This document shows positions 58,205 to 64,000 of a stretch of DNA of 64,000 nt, in pieces. The notes beneath the pieces are model-generated. The model searched no databases, had not been told where the DNA came from, and saw nothing but the letters and a program-made list of their open reading frames with translations. The stretch lies in contig OZ252299.1 in the NCBI GenBank assembly GCA_965250285.1, positions 1,024,001 through 1,088,000 on the forward strand. Direction: 5' to 3'. This DNA is from Myxococcota bacterium (GTDB lineage Bacteria; Myxococcota_A; UBA9160; UBA4427). How positions within the stretch are numbered: position 1 is the first letter of the stretch; each line of letters begins with the position of its first letter. The translations under genes were made by a program, and so were the position numbers.

Positions 58205-58796
58205 GGCGCATGCCCCGGTACGACACGAAGAGCGGGCGCCGTCTCGAGCCACGACGCGCACGCATGCGGTCGAGTGCCTCTTCGAGCATCAGGTCGGTGA
58301 CGTCGATGGTCGGCAGCGCGAGCGCCTCATCGATCGAGAGCCAAGCGAGCTCTTCGAGCTCGCCATTGCTGCGCGGCGAGGGCAGGCGGCCGCGCCACTC
58401 GAGACAGAAGAAGCGGGCGTGATAGCGAATCGGGTTACCGGTCGGGGTGATGGCGCGTCCGACGTATTCCAGGCGCGCGAGGTCGGGCGCGATCGTTTCG
58501 CCTTCGACTTCACCGATTGCGACGCCCGTCTCTTCGAACGTCTCGCGCAGCGCCGCCGCACCGAGCGCGTGCGGATGCGCGTGTCGCGCGCCGAGCTGCC
58601 GCTCGACGGCGGGTCGCAGCGGCGAGAGCAGAGGCGACGCCTGATCGGCGCGGTCGACCCGCCCACCCGGAAAGACCCACACCTCGGGCATGAAGCTCAT
58701 TCGGGTCGAGCGCCGGCCCATGAGCACGCGCCATCCATCGCGACCATGATGAAGCGCGATCAGGCTCGCAGCATCGCGGGGACGCGCCTCGCTCAC
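58182..58796 (-). CDS. NUDIX hydrolase (NUDT19-like)
   Basis: PRDAASLI, VLMGRRS, VFPGGRVD, AALRETFEETG, ITP..RYHARFF. Confidence 0.88.
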   Translation of the reverse strand: MSEARPRDAASLIALHHGRDGWRVLMGRRSTRMSFMPEVWVFPGGRVDRADQASPLLSPLRPAVERQLGARHAHPHALGAAALRETFEETGVAIGEVEGETIAPDLARLEYVGRAITPTGNPIRYHARFFCLEWRGRLPSPRSNGELEELAWLSIDEALALPTIDVTDLMLEEALDRMRARRGSRRRPLFVSYRGMRPQVRREG

Positions 58797-58869
58797 GGGC
58801 AAGGCCCCGGTTTCGCGGGGCCCGAACGGTCGGCCTGCCGCATGCGCCTCATCGGTCGGCGGCCCGCGC

Positions 58870-60729
58870 TCACGCCCGAGCCGCCTGAGCCGAAGGCTTC
58901 GGCTCGGTCCGCGGCAGCACGAGCCGCACGCGCGCGCCCGACGGCGACCGGTTCGAGAGCTCGAGGCGGCCGTCGAGATCGCGCACCACGCGTCGCACCA
59001 TGGCGAGACCCAGCCCCGTGCCGCCCTGGCGCGACGTCTGGAACGGTTGCGCGCCGGCCTCGAGGGTCTCGTCGGGGAACCCCGGGCCATCGTCGTCGAC
59101 GCCCAGCACGAGGTCATCGCCGTGCACGGCGACCGTCACGTCGATGCGTCCCTCCGAGCCGGCCCCCTGTGACTCGATCGCCTGCTGCGCGTTCAAGACG
59201 AGATTGAGGAGCGCCTGACGAACCCGATCCCGGGGCAGGGGCCAGTGAGTCGCCGCGTCGGGCTCGTAGACCAGCTGAACCGTTGCCGGCACGCGGAATC
59301 GCACGAGTGCGCACAGCTCGTCGACCAGGCGCGTCACGTCGACGTCGCCGATGGGCTCGGGCTCGTGGCGCGCGGGGGCGAGGTAAGCGCTGAGCAGTCG
59401 CGTCAGCCGCTGCATCTCCTTCGCGATCAGCTCGAGGCGCTCCTTCGTGTCGGGGTCGCCCGTTTCGCGGAGCAGGTTCTCGAGGCTCATCATCATGCCG
59501 GCGATCGGGTTGCGCAGCTCGTGGGCGAGCCCCGCTGCCACCTCACCGAGCGCGGCGAGTCGCTCGGCGCGAGCGAGGGACTCGTGCTGCTCGAGCAGCG
59601 TCGTCGCGGCCGCCTCGGCGCGGTCGCGGGCGACGGCCAGCTCTGCGTTCGACCGCCGCAGCTCGAGGGCGCGTTCGACCAGGTCGTCGGTCAGACCTGC
59701 GGCGAGGGCGACCGCCTGCTGGCGACGCTGATTCAGCCAGCGCACCGCGCCGAAGATCAGGAGGCTGGTGACGACCCCCGTCGCCAGCACGGCCCAGGAC
59801 TCGCGGCGCCGGTCGTAGAATGCGTGGGGGTCGTCGCCGTCGACGACGAGCGTCCACGACTCGCCGTAGAGATCGATGCGGGCCGCGCCGCGGTAGCGAC
59901 CCGCTTCGCTTTCGACGACGCCGTCCGAGGCCGAGTCGGTGAAGAGCAGGAAGGCCGGATCGGGCTCGGCGCTCGAGTACAGGCTCAGATCGATGAGCGG
60001 GTCATCCTCCTTCACCAGCGTTTCGAGCAGGCCCTCGACGAATCGCTGTGCGATGAAGGGGGCATACACCCAGCCGTGGATCAGCGCTTGGCGATCTTCG
60101 ACCGTGGTCGGCACCTGCCCTCCATCGTAGACGGGCGTGAACATCACGAAGATCGGCTCGACGTCGCCCGGTTCGACTTCGAACTCGACGCGTTCGGAGA
60201 GCGTCGTCTCACCCGTATCGCGTGCGCGCTCCATCGCCCGGCGTAGCTCGGCGACCGACGCCACATCGAAGCCGACCCGCCCCTCGTTCGGCGAGACCGG
60301 GTTCGCGTACTGAATCACGAAGTGCTCCTCGAGCGGGAGCCGCGGGTAGATGCGAACGAGCAGTCCTGCGCCTTCGCCGAGCGCGCTCTCGGTCTCGGCC
60401 AGTTCGTCGGCGCGTACCCGCACGGCATAGCCGAGGCCCTGCGCGCCCGGGTGCCGACGCGGCAGATCGAGTCGTTGCTGGAACTCGCGCCACTCATCGC
60501 GGGTGACCTCGTCGCTCGCGTTGAAGAGGCCGGCGCCGCCGAGCAGGGCGTCGCGGTAGCTATCGAGGCGGTGTTCGAGGGCCGCCGTCGTGTCGCGCAG
60601 CACTCCGTCGAAGTAGCTCCAGCGGGCGCGCTCGGCGTCGCGCTGGGCCTCGCGCCACGCGTCGTGGGTGAAGGCGAGGCACACCACCAGCACGATCCAC
60701 GGGAGCATTCGAAAGATGAGTTCGCGCAT
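58870..60729 (-). CDS. CHASE-domain sensor histidine kinase
   Basis: TM-CHASE-TM layout (VTRDEWREF, GFDV..AMERARDTG, GWVYAPF), H-box LAHELRNP, NLVLNA, DDGPG, GTGLGL. Confidence 0.92.
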   Translation of the reverse strand: MRELIFRMLPWIVLVVCLAFTHDAWREAQRDAERARWSYFDGVLRDTTAALEHRLDSYRDALLGGAGLFNASDEVTRDEWREFQQRLDLPRRHPGAQGLGYAVRVRADELAETESALGEGAGLLVRIYPRLPLEEHFVIQYANPVSPNEGRVGFDVASVAELRRAMERARDTGETTLSERVEFEVEPGDVEPIFVMFTPVYDGGQVPTTVEDRQALIHGWVYAPFIAQRFVEGLLETLVKEDDPLIDLSLYSSAEPDPAFLLFTDSASDGVVESEAGRYRGAARIDLYGESWTLVVDGDDPHAFYDRRRESWAVLATGVVTSLLIFGAVRWLNQRRQQAVALAAGLTDDLVERALELRRSNAELAVARDRAEAAATTLLEQHESLARAERLAALGEVAAGLAHELRNPIAGMMMSLENLLRETGDPDTKERLELIAKEMQRLTRLLSAYLAPARHEPEPIGDVDVTRLVDELCALVRFRVPATVQLVYEPDAATHWPLPRDRVRQALLNLVLNAQQAIESQGAGSEGRIDVTVAVHGDDLVLGVDDDGPGFPDETLEAGAQPFQTSRQGGTGLGLAMVRRVVRDLDGRLELSNRSPSGARVRLVLPRTEPKPSAQAARA

Positions 60730-60933
60730 CGGGTCCCGATCCGAGGAGGCGCGACGAGCCTAGCAGCACGCCCGACGCCCGCGCAGATGCGAGGTCGACC
60801 ATCGAGATCCCGCCGAAGGTGCTGATTTCAGAGCGAAAACACTGACCGCGAGACGTCGTTCGTGTTAGCGTGATCCCCATGGGCGCGCTTCGTTCGCGCG
60901 CACCACTCGACCTCCCGCGGGTTCGGTACAGAG

Positions 60934-62802
60934 ATGGCGAACCGCTCGATTCTCCTGATGGCGTTGCTCGCGGCGATTGCGGCCGCGGCGGTGACCACGA
61001 TCGTCGCCGATCGGGGGCCCACCGTGGCGGCGCTCGAACGGCAGGACGAGCGCGACATCGCCGACGTCGCCACGGAGCGACTCACCGAGGCCGGGCCCGT
61101 CGTCGGAACCACCGACGCCCGCGGTGTCCATGCCTGGCTCGGCATTCCGTATGCGAACGCGCCGACCGGAGCGCTTCGCTGGCGAGCGCCGCAGCCGCCC
61201 GCGCCCTGGGTCGAGACCCTGGACGCCTTCGAGCCGGGTCCCGCCTGTGCGCAACCCTCTCATCTCCCCGGTGACGCGGTCGGCGCCGGTCCGGCGGTGA
61301 TCGGCAGTGAGAGTTGTCTCACGCTCGACGTCTGGGCGCCGGGTGAAGACGTGCAGGTGCGCGGGCGAGACGCCTCACAGGGGCGACCCGTCATGGTCTG
61401 GGTGAATGGCGCGGCCGCGTTCACCGACGCTTCGGGCGCTCGCGTCGATGGCTCGACGCTCGCTGCGAGCGAGGGTGTCGTGGTGGTGTCGTTGCGCCAT
61501 CGGTTGGGCGTGCTCGGATTCTTTGCGCACCCCGCACTGGCCGATCCCGATCATGCGCTCGGGGCGAGTGGCAACTTCGCGACGCTCGACGTGATCCTCG
61601 GCCTCGAGTGGGTGCGCGACCACATTCGAGAGTTCGGTGGTGACCCGAACAACGTGACGCTCTTCGGTGACGCCGCGGGCGCGACCCAGGTCATGTCGAT
61701 GCTGCTGGCCCCCGCCGCACGCGGGCTCTTCCATCGCGCGATCCTGCAGGGCGGCAGCGTCGAGACCGTCGCTTCGAGCGATCTCGCCGTGTCGCCGTCG
61801 GGGCCGGACGCCTTCGTCGCCGAGCTGCTGCTCACCGAGGGCACCGTCGCGAGCGACGAGGAGGCGCGGGCCTTCGCGAGCGGTTTGTCGCCCGCCGAAA
61901 CCGCCGACTACCTGCGTCGACGCCCCGTGCGCGACGTGCTCGCCGCGGCCGAGCGCCTCGAGCGCCGGCACCCCGATGGGGTCGTCGCGCGGCTGGTGCG
62001 GGACGGCTTGGTGATTCCCGAGGCGCCGCCCTTCGAGCGCTTCGCGAGCGCCGAGCGCTACAACGCCGTGCCGATCATCCTTGGTAGCAACCGCGATGAC
62101 GCCAAGCTCGAGCTCGCTTACGACCCCGCGCTGGTTTCGAACGTGATGGGTCGCTTCTACCGCGTTCGCGACCGCGCGCACTACGAAGAGCTCGCGCGCA
62201 TCGCGAGCGCGGCGCGCCGGGCGCGCGTCGTCGACGAGCCCGCAGGCGTCCTGCATGCCGCGCAGGGGCCGTCGGTGTGGGTGTACCGCTTCGACTGGGA
62301 CGAGCACGCCTCAGCGATCGGCACCGACCTGCGCCAGCTGCTGGGCGCGGGCCACGGCCTCGAGGTGCCGTTCGTCTTCGGAGAGTTTCGATATCAGCCC
62401 ACTCACTTCGGTCATCTCGTCTTCGACGAGGCGAACGCCCCGGGCCGGCGCGACCTCAGCGCCGCGATGATGTCGTACTGGGCCGAGTTCGCCTGGACGG
62501 GCGCACCCGGTCGAGGCGGCGAAGGGCGCCTGCCGCTCTGGCAGCCGTGGGACGAGGCGGGTCGGGTGCCCGGGCGATTCCTCGTGCTCGACTCCGCCGC
62601 GGGCGGCGGCGTGCGCATGAAGGCGGGCAAGGTGACATCGGGCGAGGTGCTCGCCGAGCTCGACGCGTCGACCGAGCTGGCCGCGGCCGACAAGTGCGAG
62701 GTGCTGCGGCGCTGGCGCGACGATGCCGGGGGCGTGCTCGCGCCGGCGACGAGCCGAGCGCTGGCCGAACGCGCGCGGGCGTGCTTCGGCGGACCGCTCT
62801 AG
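60934..62802 (+). CDS. Type-B carboxylesterase-fold exported protein, catalytic Ser replaced
   Basis: LGIPYA.APTGALRWRAP, SESCLTLDVW, FGGDPNNVTLFGDAAG, GLFHRAI.Q, HGLEVPFVFG. Confidence 0.88.
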   Translation: MANRSILLMALLAAIAAAAVTTIVADRGPTVAALERQDERDIADVATERLTEAGPVVGTTDARGVHAWLGIPYANAPTGALRWRAPQPPAPWVETLDAFEPGPACAQPSHLPGDAVGAGPAVIGSESCLTLDVWAPGEDVQVRGRDASQGRPVMVWVNGAAAFTDASGARVDGSTLAASEGVVVVSLRHRLGVLGFFAHPALADPDHALGASGNFATLDVILGLEWVRDHIREFGGDPNNVTLFGDAAGATQVMSMLLAPAARGLFHRAILQGGSVETVASSDLAVSPSGPDAFVAELLLTEGTVASDEEARAFASGLSPAETADYLRRRPVRDVLAAAERLERRHPDGVVARLVRDGLVIPEAPPFERFASAERYNAVPIILGSNRDDAKLELAYDPALVSNVMGRFYRVRDRAHYEELARIASAARRARVVDEPAGVLHAAQGPSVWVYRFDWDEHASAIGTDLRQLLGAGHGLEVPFVFGEFRYQPTHFGHLVFDEANAPGRRDLSAAMMSYWAEFAWTGAPGRGGEGRLPLWQPWDEAGRVPGRFLVLDSAAGGGVRMKAGKVTSGEVLAELDASTELAAADKCEVLRRWRDDAGGVLAPATSRALAERARACFGGPL

Positions 62803-62874
62803 CCCGCCGAGGTCGGCCGGGATTCTCGACCGAGCGAGTGATAGACTCCGCCGCCCTCGACGGAGCGCTGCCTG

Positions 62875-63222
62875 ATGAACCCCGCCGATATTCTCGAACG
62901 GCTCTACGCCGTGATCGAAGAGCGTGCCCGCGAGCGCCCGCAAGACAGCTATGTCGTGAGTCTCCTCGACGGCGGCGTCGACGCGATTGGCGCCAAGGTG
63001 AGCGAAGAGGCGGCCGAGACGATCGAGGCCGCGGCCTCGGGCGATCGTGATCATCTCGCACGCGAGGTGGCCGACCTGATCTTCCATACATGGACTCTGA
63101 TGGCGCACGCCGGTGTCCGGCCCGAAGAGGTCTACGCCGTGCTCGAGGGGCGGTTCGGCACGGGTGGCCTCGAAGAGAAGCGCGGGCGTGCGCTGCAGAA
63201 GGACGACGAAGATGCTCGGTGA
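62875..63222 (+). CDS. hisE: Phosphoribosyl-ATP pyrophosphatase
   Basis: SYVVSLL..G, KVSEEAAE, EVADLIFH. Confidence 0.92.
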   Translation: MNPADILERLYAVIEERARERPQDSYVVSLLDGGVDAIGAKVSEEAAETIEAAASGDRDHLAREVADLIFHTWTLMAHAGVRPEEVYAVLEGRFGTGGLEEKRGRALQKDDEDAR

Positions 63223-64000
63223 AGACGAGCTGCGCATTGCGATCCCCTCGAAGGGGAGGCTGCGTGAGGATGCGATCGCGATCCTGCAGGAAGCGGGGAT
63301 GCGGTTTCGGACCGGTGGGCGACGCCTCGCCACGGCGTGTCAGGCCACGGGCACCCGCATCATCTTCACGAACACGGCAGACGTACCGGGTCTCGTCGCA
63401 GAGGGCGTCGTCGATCTCGGGATCACCGGCAGCGACCAGGTCGACGAGAAGGGGGTCGAGGTCGTCGAGCACCGTCGACTCGGCTTCGGTCGATGTCGTC
63501 TGTCGGTGGCCGTGCACAAGGACGCCGGCTTCACGAGCTCCACCGAGCTCGCCGGGAAGGTCGTCGGCGCCAAGTTCGTCCAGCTCGCGCGGCGCTACTT
63601 CGAGCAGCGCGGCGTCGGCGACGTGCATGTCCTCGAGATCCAGGGGGCGGTCGAAGTCATGGTGCTGCTCGGGCTCGTCGACGCGATCGTCGAGATCGTC
63701 GAGACGGGGTCGAGCCTGGTCGAGAACGACCTGATCGAGCTCGATGAGGTGCTCCAGGCCGAAGCCGTGCTCATCGGGCACGCGTCGCCGCGTGACGAGG
63801 CCGGGCGCGACCGCCTGCTGCGCCGCATCGATGGAGTACTCGCCGCACGTCGCTACACGCTGCTCGAATACAACTGTCCTGCGAGCCGGATCGACGAGGC
63901 ATGCCAGATCACGCCTGGCTTCTCGGCCCCGACGATCCAGCCGCTCCACGACAGCGACTGGTGCGCCGTCAAGGTGCTCGTCGAGCGCGCGGACGCGCAG
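63212..64000 (+). CDS. hisG: ATP phosphoribosyltransferase (long form), truncated by window end
   Basis: Manual translation: MLGEDELRIAIPSKGRL, DLGITGSD, LGFGRCRL, GAVE..GLVDAIVEIVETGSSL, ITPGFSAPTI. Confidence 0.92.
   Translation, partial: MLGEDELRIAIPSKGRLREDAIAILQEAGMRFRTGGRRLATACQATGTRIIFTNTADVPGLVAEGVVDLGITGSDQVDEKGVEVVEHRRLGFGRCRLSVAVHKDAGFTSSTELAGKVVGAKFVQLARRYFEQRGVGDVHVLEIQGAVEVMVLLGLVDAIVEIVETGSSLVENDLIELDEVLQAEAVLIGHASPRDEAGRDRLLRRIDGVLAARRYTLLEYNCPASRIDEACQITPGFSAPTIQPLHDSDWCAVKVLVERADAQ

Overview
GC-rich bacterial chromosomal segment. Gene content and style suggest a Myxococcota/deltaproteobacterial-type organism, which is inference only. The window is densely packed with about 57 protein-coding genes, mostly metabolic: etfBA, two PlsC-like acyltransferases, an orphan ParA, cysE, a B12 module (pduO-type adenosyltransferase, meaB, ethylmalonyl-CoA mutase), srkA, nadA, rsmE, a haloalkane dehalogenase, a FabV-like reductase, malyl-CoA lyase and mesaconyl-CoA hydratase, pntAA/pntAB/pntB, class I aldolase, prfC, a lipid/steroid-type catabolic group (CoA-transferase, thiolase+DUF35, P450, acyl-CoA synthetase), a CHASE kinase, hisE and hisG. 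I saw no rRNA, tRNA, transposase, integrase or CRISPR array. The notable items beyond the ORF track are: (1) an unannotated SelW/Rdx-type selenoprotein at 44632-44856 with a CxxU(TGA) motif and a SECIS-like hairpin, directly downstream of prfC; (2) a composite non-coding element at 4303-4643 made of two inverted ~130-nt hairpin units with identical mismatched 27-nt arms but different, still perfectly paired flanks; (3) an orphan ParA placed just upstream of an acyltransferase with a long disordered N-terminus; (4) apparent pseudo-enzymes (carboxylesterase GDAAG, motif-less sulfatase); (5) an MshEN-like/CheX fusion with a CheY between mch and mcl. All product calls come from motif recognition by eye, with no database searches.
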